Shown piece by piece: positions 48,939 through 59,729 of a DNA stretch of 64,000 nucleotides. The DNA lies in the NCBI GenBank assembly GCA_030586555.1, contig JAURAC010000003.1:45838-109837 (forward strand), read 5' to 3'. The position numbers were made by a program, and so were the translations under genes. Source of the DNA: Candidatus Subterrananammoxibius californiae (GTDB lineage Bacteria; Planctomycetota; Brocadiia; Brocadiales; Subterrananammoxibiaceae). How positions within the stretch are numbered: position 1 is the stretch's first letter; each line of letters begins with the position of its first letter. Below the pieces are notes generated by a model that ran no database searches, was not told where the DNA came from, and saw only the letters and a list, made by a program, of their open reading frames with translations.

Positions 48939-50654
48939 ATGTTCTCAAAGTCATTTAAAATCAGGTTATCAGCAATTGGAATATTCCTAATAATTGCGTA
49001 CATCGCACTGGGGGTTCAATTAGTTCGGATACAACTGTTTGACTATGAGAAATATTCCAGGATGGCAGAGGCTCAACACAATAAGAGGATTGAGCTGACT
49101 GCGCATCGGGGACCTATCCTTGATTGTAAGGGGAGGAAACTTGCAGCATCCCTAATCCTTTGCTCGGTATTTGCCAATCCCACAGAGGTGCAGGAAAAAC
49201 CCAGAACCGCCCACTTATTGGCAAAAACCCTTCGCTTAGACGTATCTCGGGTGCTGAAGTTATTGGAAAAGGAAAAGAAATTTGTATGGATAAAGAGGAA
49301 GATAACTGAGGACGAAGCCTCAGCAATTGAGAAACTAAACTTACAAGGCATCGGTTGCAGGGAAGAAACAGACCGATTCTATCCTAACGGAACGCTTTGC
49401 AGCCAGGTAGTTGGTTTTGTAGATATTGACGGAAAAGGGTTAGAGGGTATCGAGCTCGCCTTTGATAATATCCTTTCGGGTGAAAGCGGCTATAGGTTGC
49501 TTCGAAGGGACGCCCTCCAGCGCCACCTCTCGACCCTTGAGGGGAAAACCCAGACCCCCAGACACGGCGATGGGATAATGTTAACAATAGATGCTGTAAT
49601 CCAGACCATTGTGGAGGATGCACTTAGAAAGGCTTGTGAAACCTATCGTCCAATTTCCGCAATCGCCATTGCGATGGTTCCTTCAACCGGGGATATCCTT
49701 GCTATGGCTAATCTACCTTCTTATGACCCGAACTTCTTCTGGAGATATTCCCCCGATGAGTGGCGAAGTCGTGCAGTTACCGATTGCTATGAGCCTGGCT
49801 CCCTTCTTAAACCTGTTGTTGCATCTGGAGCGCTTGAATACGGACTGGCTACACCAGAGGATGTCTTCTTCTGTCATAATGGGGTATATACAATTGGTAA
49901 AAGAACGCTTCACGACGTTCACGAGTACGGAAGGCTTACTTTGGCTGAAATCCTTATCAAATCGAGTAATATAGGAATGGCAAAATTGGGGATGCTCATG
50001 GGGCAAGAAAAGCTTTATCATCACTTGCGCAAATTCGGTTTCGGAGAGAAAACTAATGTAGAACTTCCAGGGGAAATCAGTGGTACGGTACGGCCTCTCA
50101 GGGCATGGTCCTATTACTCGGTAACATCAATTCCAATGGGACACGAAATAGCGGTTACCCCTTTACAGATTCTTACCGCCTTTTGCGCTATTGCCAATGG
50201 TGGGGAGCTTCTGCGTCCTCGAATTGTACGAGCTATTACTGAAAGCAACGGCAAGACAATTAAAAGAGAGTTTACTACACCCACGAAGATACGGCGCGTA
50301 ATAAGTTCTACTGTTGCCAATGACACAATGACCCCAATACTCTCAAGAGTGGTAAAAGATGGAACAGGGAAAAAGGTTGATATGCCAGAGTACGAGGTTG
50401 CTGGTAAAACAGGAACGGCACAGAAATTACTGCCGGGTGGAAGGGGATATACTGCATCCAAATATATAAGTTCATTTATTGGATACGCCCCTGCAAACCA
50501 TCCCGAAATATGTGTGCTTGTTATATTAGATGAACCAAGAAGTGGCGCTTATTATGGAGGAACGGTTGCAGCGCCTGCTGTACGAGAAATAATAAGGAAG
50601 TCATTAGATTACATGGGAGTTAAGCCTCAGGGCGTGCTTCCACCAACCTCTTAA
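48939..50654 (+). CDS. ftsI: Class B penicillin-binding protein (FtsI/PBP3)
   Basis: RG.I.D, RFYP, EPGSLLK (SxxK), SSN, KTGTAQ. Confidence 0.92.
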   Translation: MFSKSFKIRLSAIGIFLIIAYIALGVQLVRIQLFDYEKYSRMAEAQHNKRIELTAHRGPILDCKGRKLAASLILCSVFANPTEVQEKPRTAHLLAKTLRLDVSRVLKLLEKEKKFVWIKRKITEDEASAIEKLNLQGIGCREETDRFYPNGTLCSQVVGFVDIDGKGLEGIELAFDNILSGESGYRLLRRDALQRHLSTLEGKTQTPRHGDGIMLTIDAVIQTIVEDALRKACETYRPISAIAIAMVPSTGDILAMANLPSYDPNFFWRYSPDEWRSRAVTDCYEPGSLLKPVVASGALEYGLATPEDVFFCHNGVYTIGKRTLHDVHEYGRLTLAEILIKSSNIGMAKLGMLMGQEKLYHHLRKFGFGEKTNVELPGEISGTVRPLRAWSYYSVTSIPMGHEIAVTPLQILTAFCAIANGGELLRPRIVRAITESNGKTIKREFTTPTKIRRVISSTVANDTMTPILSRVVKDGTGKKVDMPEYEVAGKTGTAQKLLPGGRGYTASKYISSFIGYAPANHPEICVLVILDEPRSGAYYGGTVAAPAVREIIRKSLDYMGVKPQGVLPPTS

Positions 50655-50689
50655 AATGGGATGTGTCCCTATTAAAGGGAGGCGAAAAA

Positions 50690-51121
50690 ATGTGTTACAT
50701 TGATACAGTAAAAGAACTGATTTCACTTACCAATACATACAATCTGGTAGAAATTGAGATACACCAGGATATGACACGGATACGCATTAAAAAGAATGGT
50801 GCAGGCCGGCTAATAAGTAATCAGGATTGTAGAGACGCAATGCCTTGCGTCTCTACAGAAGAGTTTCCAACAGAAAGCTGTGTAATTACCTCTCCTATGG
50901 TCGGCACTTTTTATAGAGCTCTCAGTCCAGGGTCAAAGCCTTTTATTGATATCGGCTCAGAAGTTAATTCTGAAAAGGTAGTGGGTGTTATTGAAACGAT
51001 GAAAATAATAAATGAGGTTAGTGCAGGCGTAACAGGGAGGGTAGTTGAGGTCTTTGTTGAGGATGGCGAGGCTGTAGAGTTCGGTCAGCCGCTCTTTCGT
51101 GTACAACAAACACACACGTGA
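50690..51121 (+). CDS. accB: Biotin carboxyl carrier protein
   Basis: ITSPMVGTFYR..SPG, IETMKI.NEV, VEFGQPLF. Confidence 0.88.
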   Translation: MCYIDTVKELISLTNTYNLVEIEIHQDMTRIRIKKNGAGRLISNQDCRDAMPCVSTEEFPTESCVITSPMVGTFYRALSPGSKPFIDIGSEVNSEKVVGVIETMKIINEVSAGVTGRVVEVFVEDGEAVEFGQPLFRVQQTHT

Positions 51122-51241
51122 AAAGCATCCGCCTGAGGCGGGTCGAACTTGCTTTTCACTCCCCCGACCCAAGCACTGCTTGGGTGCCCCGAAGAGAAGA
51201 CGGGGGTGTGTCCTTTTGAAAAAGGTGAGAGAAGTGTTTGT

Positions 51242-52711
51242 ATGAAACTTAGCAAATTGCGCTCATATCTGTTAAACGTTAAGAGCTACGACTTCAACGA
51301 TAGGGATATAAATGGAATTGTTCATGACTCTCGTCGTGCTAATCAAGGATGTCTATTTGTAGCAATAAAGGGGTATAGTGTTGACGGGCATAATTTTGCA
51401 ATGAATGCCATTGAACGGGGCGCTATTGCATTAGTCACCGAAAAGAAACTTGAACTCCTTTCTGGTACCCCACAGTTAGTTGTTTCTGATACAAGGAAAG
51501 CACTCTCTACACTCAGCCATTATTTCTATGCTGAGCCATCCTCAAAAATCATCGTAACGGGCATAACAGGTACAAATGGCAAAACCACCACATCATATTT
51601 AATCAAATCCATTATTGAAAGCGCTGGCGCACAAGCTGGTCTTATTGGCACGATTCTTTATCAAATCAATCAAAGGCTTATACCCTCAATCGAGACAACC
51701 CCAGAATCACTTGAACTACATGCCTTCCTTGCAGAGATGCTGGGTTTTGACATAAAATATGCGGTAATGGAGGTTTCATCACATGCACTTGCTCAATACA
51801 GAACGAGAGATATAAACTTTAGTACTGCAGTTTTTACGAACCTATCCCATGACCACCTTGACTACCATCGTACTGTTACAGCGTATCGAGATGCCAAGGC
51901 ACGATTATTTGAGTGCCTGAGCCATAAGTCTTTTGCAATCTTGAACGCTGATGAACAAAATAGCAAACACTTTGCAAGCAGAACACAGGCTCAAATAATC
52001 TGGTACGGCATGAAAAATAGGGCGGAAGTAACAGCAGAAGTAATTTCCCAGACCATTAATAATACAAAATTCAGGTTGTGTTGCCCAAGGGGGGAGGTGA
52101 TTATAAATTCGCATCTTATAGGCAACCATAACGTATACAACGCCCTCGCAGCATCAGCTAATGCACTAGCTCTTGGCTTCGACCTCGAAACGATAAAGAA
52201 AGGCATCGAAGCTGTCCCCTCAGTCCGCGGCAGGTTAGAAACCGTTGAGTGTGGTCAAAGTTTCCGAGTTTTCATAGATTTTGCCCACACACCTGATGCA
52301 CTTCAAACCGTCCTTACTACATTAAGACCGTTAACGAAGGGACGTATTATACTTGTATTCGGCTGCGGGGGGGACAGGGACAGAGAAAAACGTCCGAAGA
52401 TGGGACGCATTGCAGAAAAATATTCTGACTTATTCTGGATAACCAGCGACAATCCACGTTCAGAAGACCCTGTAAGTATCATTAATGAAATCGAGGCAGG
52501 AATAACCTCTGGAAGTTATTACCACGTACAGCCAGACCGTAGGCTTGCAATAGAGGAAGCGCTTTCCGAGGCTAAAAAGAGTGACACAGTTCTTATCGCA
52601 GGGAAAGGGCATGAAAGGTGCCAGATTTTTAATAGCACGGTGATCCCTTTTGATGATAGGGATGTTGTTAAAAAGATACTTGTAGGGGCACGACAAGCCG
52701 TGCCACTGTAA
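51242..52711 (+). CDS. murE: UDP-MurNAc-tripeptide synthetase (meso-DAP type)
   Basis: GITGTNGKTT, MEVSSH, DFAHTPD, FGCGGDRD, DNPR, AGKGHE. Confidence 0.96.
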   Translation: MKLSKLRSYLLNVKSYDFNDRDINGIVHDSRRANQGCLFVAIKGYSVDGHNFAMNAIERGAIALVTEKKLELLSGTPQLVVSDTRKALSTLSHYFYAEPSSKIIVTGITGTNGKTTTSYLIKSIIESAGAQAGLIGTILYQINQRLIPSIETTPESLELHAFLAEMLGFDIKYAVMEVSSHALAQYRTRDINFSTAVFTNLSHDHLDYHRTVTAYRDAKARLFECLSHKSFAILNADEQNSKHFASRTQAQIIWYGMKNRAEVTAEVISQTINNTKFRLCCPRGEVIINSHLIGNHNVYNALAASANALALGFDLETIKKGIEAVPSVRGRLETVECGQSFRVFIDFAHTPDALQTVLTTLRPLTKGRIILVFGCGGDRDREKRPKMGRIAEKYSDLFWITSDNPRSEDPVSIINEIEAGITSGSYYHVQPDRRLAIEEALSEAKKSDTVLIAGKGHERCQIFNSTVIPFDDRDVVKKILVGARQAVPL

Positions 52712-52742
52712 ATTTTTCAAAAAAGGAGAATGGGAGAAAAGA

Positions 52743-52931
52743 ATGGTCATAAGGTGCTCTGTATGCAAAAAGATTAAGAAATTTGGCAAGTGGATTGAGG
52801 TACCTAAACCTCTTGAAGAAGAAATGAAAGAAGTTCCTGTCCTTTTAGTTCTTTGTGAAGACTGTAGAAAGGAGACATCTACCGTCATAAATCCGCCGGA
52901 CACCGCAAAATACAGGGCAGTTTGTTTTTAA
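52743..52931 (+). CDS. Small zinc-ribbon-like protein
   Basis: CSVC...CEDC, GGAG upstream. Confidence 0.5.
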   Translation: MVIRCSVCKKIKKFGKWIEVPKPLEEEMKEVPVLLVLCEDCRKETSTVINPPDTAKYRAVCF

Positions 52932-53007
52932 TTGGGCTATAGGCGACAGGTCATAGGTTAACTCCTATTACCCATAGCCAATCACCTACAATAAAGGAGA
53001 CAGCACG

Positions 53008-54459
53008 TTGGGACCGATTAGCGCAATTGAAATAGCACAAGCCGTAAGAGGGCAGATTAAGCACGGTAAGGGAGAAAGCCGTTTTGTCAGAATTTCCAGG
53101 GACAGCAGGCATATCTTACCTGGCGATTTATTTGTTGCACTGAAAGGTGAACGTTTTAACGGTCACGATTTCGTCTTAGATGCGCTCGCCGGAGGGGCTG
53201 CGGGGGTAATGGTAGAGACGCAAGATTTTGCGTCTCTACCAGGCTTTCTTAATGTATCAAATACAGATGTGGTGGTGATATTTGTAAACGACACACTTAA
53301 AGCGTTGGGAGACCTTGCAGCATACTATCGCCAGAAATTACCCACCCATATTATTGCTGTTACAGGCAGTAACGGCAAGACGACCACAAAAGATATAATT
53401 CATCACCTTTTAAGCCAGTGTGCAATGGCAACCAAATCTCCAGAAAGTTTTAATAATTGCATCGGCGTACCGTTAACGATTTTTGAACTCAACAGTCAGA
53501 CAGATTTTGGGATAATTGAGATGGGTACAAATGCGCCCGGGGAGATTAGAAGATTATCAGAAATTGTCCGACCACACACTGCTGTCTTTACGAACATCTC
53601 TGAAACACATCTGGAGGGTCTTGGAAGCGTAGAAGGCGTTGCAAAAGAAAAGGGGGAAATGCTTAATTACATTGATAAAGATGGAACAATAGTAATTAAT
53701 GCCGACAACGTCTGGTGTAACAAGATTGCTAAGAGTTTTTCGGGGCGAATCATTAGATTCGGGATTAACAACCAGGCACAAATTAAGGGTTCAAACGTTA
53801 GCCGCACTGATTTAGGATTAGCTTTTACCGTTAATGACGACTTCAGAGTAAATGTGCCATTTTATGAAATCCACAATGTTTATAACTGCCTTGCAGCTTT
53901 AGCCGTTTGCTACTCGCTGGGCTTTGATATTGAGAAATTAAGCAAGACTCTCTTACGCTTCCGCCTCCCCGCAATGAGGATGGACAGGCAAAATATAGGT
54001 GATATAGCAGTCATTAATGATGCATACAATGCTAATCCGCAGTCCATGCTTGCCGCATTAAACGAATATAGTGAAATGAAGGTACACGGAAGAAAAATCT
54101 TTATATGTGGCGATATGTTAGAACTCGGAAATCATGCAGAACGCCTTCATAAGGAGATTGGGATTAAGGTTGCTCACGCAGGTATTGACCTTTTGCTAAC
54201 TGTAGGTAAACTCTCAAGATACGTTGCAGAATCTGCAACCGCACACGGAATGGCGAAAGAAAATACAATGTGCTATGACAGTTTAGGTGAGCTTCTTGCA
54301 TCTATAGTCTATTGTTTGAAAGACGGCGATACAATACTTATAAAAGGGTCCAGGCGAATAGGGCTGGAAGGTATCATTGAACGAATCGAGTCCTATTTTG
54401 CCAATAGGGACAAATTTACTTCTTTGAAAAGAAGTAAGTCCGCTATAATTTCCGGATAA
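53008..54459 (+). CDS. murF: UDP-MurNAc-pentapeptide synthetase
   Basis: TGSNGKTTTK, EMG, DAYNANP, GDMLELG, KGSR. Confidence 0.96.
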   Translation: MGPISAIEIAQAVRGQIKHGKGESRFVRISRDSRHILPGDLFVALKGERFNGHDFVLDALAGGAAGVMVETQDFASLPGFLNVSNTDVVVIFVNDTLKALGDLAAYYRQKLPTHIIAVTGSNGKTTTKDIIHHLLSQCAMATKSPESFNNCIGVPLTIFELNSQTDFGIIEMGTNAPGEIRRLSEIVRPHTAVFTNISETHLEGLGSVEGVAKEKGEMLNYIDKDGTIVINADNVWCNKIAKSFSGRIIRFGINNQAQIKGSNVSRTDLGLAFTVNDDFRVNVPFYEIHNVYNCLAALAVCYSLGFDIEKLSKTLLRFRLPAMRMDRQNIGDIAVINDAYNANPQSMLAALNEYSEMKVHGRKIFICGDMLELGNHAERLHKEIGIKVAHAGIDLLLTVGKLSRYVAESATAHGMAKENTMCYDSLGELLASIVYCLKDGDTILIKGSRRIGLEGIIERIESYFANRDKFTSLKRSKSAIISG

Positions 54460-54524
54460 AGCATCTTCCTGGAAAATTATAAGGTTTTTGGCTTACCTTT
54501 CTTGAAAAAGGTAAGAGAGGATTA

Positions 54525-55643
54525 TTGGTGTTTTACCATTGGTTTTTTCAGTTCCAGAATGCCTCGATAGATTCCATAGGATTTAAAGCCGACGTTATAC
54601 TCAGATGCACCCTTGCTACTCTAACGGCATTCCTTACAACTATCCTCGTAGGAGCCTTTGTTATCAAAAAACTTAAGAAGTTTCATGTGGCTGAAGATAC
54701 CTCTAAAACAGATTCTGAAGAACTTAAAAGGCTGCACGAAGGCAAGAAGAACACCCCAACAATGGGTGGTATTATAATCATGATTGGCATCGTTGGTTCG
54801 ACATTCTTATGGTGCAATCTGCGAAATGGCTACGTGCTGTTGTCCCTGTTTGCCATTCTGTGTTTCGGTATCATCGGCTTTTTTGACGATTACATAAAAC
54901 TTACACAAAAACATGCAGCGGGACTAACCTGGCGGACAAAACTAATGTCCCAATTTGCGCTGAGCTTTGTCCTTGCACTAATATTGTACTTCTGCTTCGG
55001 AGGTATCGAGGGGTTTACAAGCCTTGCTATCCCATTCTTTACTCAACTCAAAGTGAATCTCGGGCCTCTTTATCTCGTAGCAATCACAATTTTCATAGCA
55101 GCATCCTCAAATGCAGTCAACCTTACTGATGGGTTGGATGGTCTGGCGATTGGTTGCACCATCATAACGGCAACTACGCTTGCATGTGTAACCTATATTG
55201 TTGGGCATGCAAGTGTAGGGGCGTATTGCAATACGCCCCTACATATTCTCCATATTCCTGAATGCACTGAACTAAGTATATTCTGTTCCGCACTGATAGG
55301 CGCCGGTCTTGGATTCCTGTGGTACAACTGCTTTCCAGCTCAAGTATTTATGGGGAACACCGGTTCACTATCAATTGGCGGCGTTCTTGGGTTCATTGCT
55401 GCTGTATCAAAACAAGAACTTTTGCTACTTCTTATAGGGTCTATATTCTTTATAGAGCTTTTTTCTGTCCTGATACAGTTCACGTATTTTAAATTGTCAG
55501 GCGGGAAGAGGGTCTTCAGATGCGCTCCAATACATCATCATTTTCAGTTTATGGGTTGGTCTGAAACCAAGATTACTAACCGATTTTTTATTCTTGCAGC
55601 AGTCATAGCAGCCTTTGGTTTTGCAGGGTTTACGTCTGGGTAG
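54525..55643 (+). CDS. mraY: Phospho-MurNAc-pentapeptide transferase
   Basis: TPTMGG, DDY.K, NAVNLTDGLDGL, APIHHHF; FMGN replaces FMGD. Confidence 0.94.
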   Translation: MVFYHWFFQFQNASIDSIGFKADVILRCTLATLTAFLTTILVGAFVIKKLKKFHVAEDTSKTDSEELKRLHEGKKNTPTMGGIIIMIGIVGSTFLWCNLRNGYVLLSLFAILCFGIIGFFDDYIKLTQKHAAGLTWRTKLMSQFALSFVLALILYFCFGGIEGFTSLAIPFFTQLKVNLGPLYLVAITIFIAASSNAVNLTDGLDGLAIGCTIITATTLACVTYIVGHASVGAYCNTPLHILHIPECTELSIFCSALIGAGLGFLWYNCFPAQVFMGNTGSLSIGGVLGFIAAVSKQELLLLLIGSIFFIELFSVLIQFTYFKLSGGKRVFRCAPIHHHFQFMGWSETKITNRFFILAAVIAAFGFAGFTSG

Positions 55644-55752
55644 GTCTAAACTGACAAAAGAATTGGAAATTGGAAAATGTAAAATGCAAATTTAAAATTT
55701 TCACTTTTCATTTTCCAATTTTTTGCTGATATCTCAAAATTATACTATTTCT

Positions 55753-56898
55753 ATGCGCTATTTTAATCCATTCAGCCTGATTGTATGTCTCATCGCCGCG
55801 TTCCTGGGAATCGGTATTGTTATGGTTTACAGTAGTGACGCAGGTAGGATTATAGCGACTGACAACAACTACGCAACATTGCTGAGGCACGTCCTCTGGG
55901 TATTGTTCGGCACAATCGCAATGGTTGTCTTAATGTATATTGACTATCATATTATCCAGAAATACTCATGGCATATCATGGGACTTAGCTTCCTTTGTTT
56001 AGCTCTGGTTTTGATTCCGGGTGTGGGTAGCATGGTAAATGGCGCCCGTAGATGGATAAGAATTGGCACAATTGGATTTCAGCCATCCGAATTTGCAAAA
56101 ATTGCAGCAATCATCTTTATCTCTAACTACATAGTGAAAAATCAGCAAGCTATGAAGGAATTTATAAAGGGATTTGTCATACCCATGGGGGTTGTAGGAA
56201 TCCTTTCCATTTTTATACTTATTGAACCAGACTTTGGCACAGCCACATTTTTATCCCTCTTAGCCGTTACAATGCTCATTGTAGGCGGGGCAAGAATTGT
56301 TTATATAGTCTTCTGTGTTCTAACATTTGTTCCAATTGTATATGAGTTAATCTGGGAGGTTCCTTACCGAAAGGAAAGATTTGTTGGCTTCCTTGACCCA
56401 TGGGTAGACCCTCTCGGAAAGGGGTATCATATTATTCAATCCTGGATTGCCCTCGGTTCTGGCGGCATCTCTGGCGTTGGCCTTGGTAAGAGTTACCAGA
56501 AACTATTCTTTCTGCCAGAAAGCAGTAACGATTTTATCTTCTCTATAATAGGAGAGGAGTTAGGATTAATCGGCACAATAGCCATTATTGCCTTGTTTTC
56601 ACTATTTATCTGGCAGGGAATAAGGGTTTGCTACCATGCGCCAGATTTGTTTGGGTCTTTGTTAGCCTTTGGTGTTACTTATTTAATAGGTTTGCAGGCT
56701 GTAATAAATATAGGCGTTGTCGTTGGCTGTTTGCCCACAAAGGGAATTCCCTTGCCTTTTATAAGCGCAGGAGGTTCGTCTTTATTCTTTACCCTGCTTG
56801 GTATCGGAATATTGCTAAACGTAGCACGACAAACAAGACAGCCAGACTCCGAAGTACCACGTTCGGAGTATGGAATTCCTTATCCCGTACTCAGGTAA
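55753..56898 (+). CDS. ftsW: SEDS peptidoglycan polymerase
   Basis: MVYSS, GARRWI, FQPSE.AK, EPDFGT, GEELG, PTKGIPLPFIS.GGS. Confidence 0.94.
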   Translation: MRYFNPFSLIVCLIAAFLGIGIVMVYSSDAGRIIATDNNYATLLRHVLWVLFGTIAMVVLMYIDYHIIQKYSWHIMGLSFLCLALVLIPGVGSMVNGARRWIRIGTIGFQPSEFAKIAAIIFISNYIVKNQQAMKEFIKGFVIPMGVVGILSIFILIEPDFGTATFLSLLAVTMLIVGGARIVYIVFCVLTFVPIVYELIWEVPYRKERFVGFLDPWVDPLGKGYHIIQSWIALGSGGISGVGLGKSYQKLFFLPESSNDFIFSIIGEELGLIGTIAIIALFSLFIWQGIRVCYHAPDLFGSLLAFGVTYLIGLQAVINIGVVVGCLPTKGIPLPFISAGGSSLFFTLLGIGILLNVARQTRQPDSEVPRSEYGIPYPVLR

Positions 56899-56911
56899 GG
56901 GTCAAACAACT

Positions 56912-58105
56912 ATGAATCTAATGTTTGCAGGAAGTGGCACTGGCGGGCACCTATTGGTAGGTTTGGGTGTTGCAGAGGAAGTAAAAATGCAATTCCCCGA
57001 TTCAAAGATACTCTTCTTCGTAACTGGAAAAGACATTGAAATACGATGCGTCTCAAAAAGGGGATTCGAGGTTCTTCCACTTAACGCAAGCCCATGGAAA
57101 AAATCCGTTTTACATATCCCTGAATTTGTTTTTAGACATTTTAAGGGCATCTTCCGTTCCTTGAAGACCATTAAACAATTTAAACCCGATGTAGTCGTAG
57201 GTTTGGGTGGATATAGCTCCGTCCCGCCGTTAGTAGCCGCACTCCTGCTTGGTGTTCCCTATGTTCTGCTGGAACAAAACGTGATTCCTGGAAAGGCAAA
57301 CAGGCTGATGGCAAGATGGGCTAAAGGGGTTTACTCCCACTTTCCCGAATGCGGAGTGCGGATTTCGGATTTAGGAATTCCTCATTTGCAGGTTACTGGC
57401 ACACCCATTCGCAAGGGCATCTTGGATATGGATAGAGAAAAGGCTGCAAAAACACTCAAGTCCACCAAAATAATCGGCGGACTCGCCAATCTTTTTGGCG
57501 AGCTATCCCCATTTAAAAAAACGCTCTTAGTTATGGGAGGAAGCCAGGGCGCCAAATCAATTAACGATGTAATTATACAATGTCTTCCAGAGCTGGAAAA
57601 ACTTTCACAGACGCTACAAATTATACATTGTGCCGGGGAAGCTGATTATGAAAGAGTGAGGTCTTCTTATAGCAAGAAAGTGATAAACGCACTTGTTTGC
57701 GGGTTCTTAGACAATATTGGCGCCGCATACAGTCTTGCGGATTTGGTTATATGTCGTGCTGGTGCAACTACAATCGCTGAGGTTACAGCCGTTGGGATTC
57801 CTGCAGTATTTGTCCCGTATCCTTATGCCACTGATAACCATCAGTATTGGAACGCTAAGGCAATAGCAGAGAAAGGAGGTGGTATTATTATTGAAGAAGC
57901 AGCGCTAACGCCTCAAAGGCTTCTAAAGGTGATGAGTGAGGTCTTACAGGATGATAAAAGGCGTCTAAAGATGAAAAACGTTAGTAAATCTCTTGGAAAA
58001 CCTGATGCTACTACTGTAATAGTCAATTTAATATGCCATATAATTGAACGTAATACAAGTATTGGTAGACAACGGACTTTATGTCCGTTGAAATCAACGA
58101 TGTAA
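56912..58105 (+). CDS. murG: Lipid II N-acetylglucosaminyltransferase
   Basis: GTGGH, GGY, EQN..PG.AN, GGSQGA, RAGA.T.AE, HQ..NA. Confidence 0.95.
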   Translation: MNLMFAGSGTGGHLLVGLGVAEEVKMQFPDSKILFFVTGKDIEIRCVSKRGFEVLPLNASPWKKSVLHIPEFVFRHFKGIFRSLKTIKQFKPDVVVGLGGYSSVPPLVAALLLGVPYVLLEQNVIPGKANRLMARWAKGVYSHFPECGVRISDLGIPHLQVTGTPIRKGILDMDREKAAKTLKSTKIIGGLANLFGELSPFKKTLLVMGGSQGAKSINDVIIQCLPELEKLSQTLQIIHCAGEADYERVRSSYSKKVINALVCGFLDNIGAAYSLADLVICRAGATTIAEVTAVGIPAVFVPYPYATDNHQYWNAKAIAEKGGGIIIEEAALTPQRLLKVMSEVLQDDKRRLKMKNVSKSLGKPDATTVIVNLICHIIERNTSIGRQRTLCPLKSTM

Positions 58106-58157
58106 AACATCGTTGTCTACCTTCTTTCACAAAGGTGAGATAAGGAGGCTATAAAAA

Positions 58158-59729
58158 GTGCGCTTGGCAACTTTAGATGACCTGTCTGCGTGTGGACACG
58201 CACAAGCAGATAAGAATTTATCACCAACGAAACGACTCTCAATTACAATTCCATCCTTTCATGTTAAAAATGTATATCTGATAGGCATTGGCGGTACAGG
58301 CATGAGTGGGTTAGCCAGGTTATTACTGACAAAAGGATATAAGGTTTCTGGTTCTGACACACAGCCCTCTCCGACTACCTTTGCACTTGAAAAACTCGGC
58401 GCAAGAATCACCAACAAACAAGATGGCAATGGGGTAAACCCCGAAACGGAACTGGTTATCATTTCTGCTGCAATTACCGAGGATAACCCAGACCTGATGG
58501 CTGCCCGCAGTTTCAGCCTGAAAGTGATTAAATACTCACAATTCCTGGGTTCTTTAATGAAAGAAAAAAAGGGCATTGCTATAAGCGGCACCCACGGGAA
58601 AACAACCACTACCAGTATGGTTTCTACAGTTCTTAAATATGCTGGTATGGACCCATCATTTGTAATTGGCGGTGTTGTTCCAGAGATTGGGGGGAGTTCG
58701 CATTATGGCAAAGGGAATTTTTTTGTCGCAGAGGCATGTGAGTACGATAAGTCTTTTCTTTATCTTTCTCCTCATATCGGAGTAATTACTAATATAGAAG
58801 AGGATCATCTTGATTATTACAAAAACATCGAAGGCGTAGTAAATGCCTTTGCCGAGTTTGCCACCTCAATTCCAGAGGATGGTTTGTTAGTAGTAAACAA
58901 TCAGGACGATAATATAAAGAAGGCTATAAAGGGGGCTCACTGTAATATAGAAACCTACTCAATGGATGACCCTTTTGCAAACTGGACTGCCACCCGACTG
59001 AGGTGGGATAACACATTCGAGGTTTTTCACAATGGCAGCCCGTTTGGTGAATTCGGACTCAGGATTCCCGGTGTTCATAATGTCATGAATGCACTTGCAA
59101 CCATCGCTACGTGCACGTTTGCCGGCGTGGAAAGGCAATCTATCATGGAAGGGTTGGCAACCTTTAATGGAGCACAACGAAGATTCCAGATTATTGACAG
59201 CGTAAACGGAATTACCATTGTAGATGACTATGGCCATCATCCAACGGAAATTCGCGCCACCCTCAGGGCTGCAAGAGAGAGGTTTCCAGAAGGTAGGATA
59301 TGGTGCGTATTCCAGCCACATCAATATAGCAGGACAAAGTTACTGCTAAAAGATTTTGCCCGCTCCTTTGGTGATGCCGATAAGGTCGTTCTGACGGACA
59401 TCTTCTCTGCACGGGATAGCGAGGAAGATAAAGCAGCAATAAACTCGTGCATTCTAACAAACGAAGCCCGCTTGCAGGGCGCTGATGCCCTGTATATTCC
59501 TCATATTGATGATGTGCCAGACCTCTTGTGCAGCGGTCTTATGCCTGATGATGTTGTTATTACCATGGGTGCTGGCGATGTCTGGAAGGTGTCTCGTAGC
59601 TTAATATCAAAATTACACGAGCATAAATCAAAAGCGTCAGGGGACAGGGGTCAAGAGTCAAGAGTTTGGACTCATAACCCAAGACTCATGACACAGGACT
59701 TAAATGGAATATTACAACCTGCCTTATAA
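58158..59729 (+). CDS. murC: UDP-MurNAc-L-alanine ligase
   Basis: IGIGG.GMS.LA, GTHGKTTT, EACEY, DDYGHHPTEI, FQPH. Confidence 0.96.
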   Translation: MRLATLDDLSACGHAQADKNLSPTKRLSITIPSFHVKNVYLIGIGGTGMSGLARLLLTKGYKVSGSDTQPSPTTFALEKLGARITNKQDGNGVNPETELVIISAAITEDNPDLMAARSFSLKVIKYSQFLGSLMKEKKGIAISGTHGKTTTTSMVSTVLKYAGMDPSFVIGGVVPEIGGSSHYGKGNFFVAEACEYDKSFLYLSPHIGVITNIEEDHLDYYKNIEGVVNAFAEFATSIPEDGLLVVNNQDDNIKKAIKGAHCNIETYSMDDPFANWTATRLRWDNTFEVFHNGSPFGEFGLRIPGVHNVMNALATIATCTFAGVERQSIMEGLATFNGAQRRFQIIDSVNGITIVDDYGHHPTEIRATLRAARERFPEGRIWCVFQPHQYSRTKLLLKDFARSFGDADKVVLTDIFSARDSEEDKAAINSCILTNEARLQGADALYIPHIDDVPDLLCSGLMPDDVVITMGAGDVWKVSRSLISKLHEHKSKASGDRGQESRVWTHNPRLMTQDLNGILQPAL

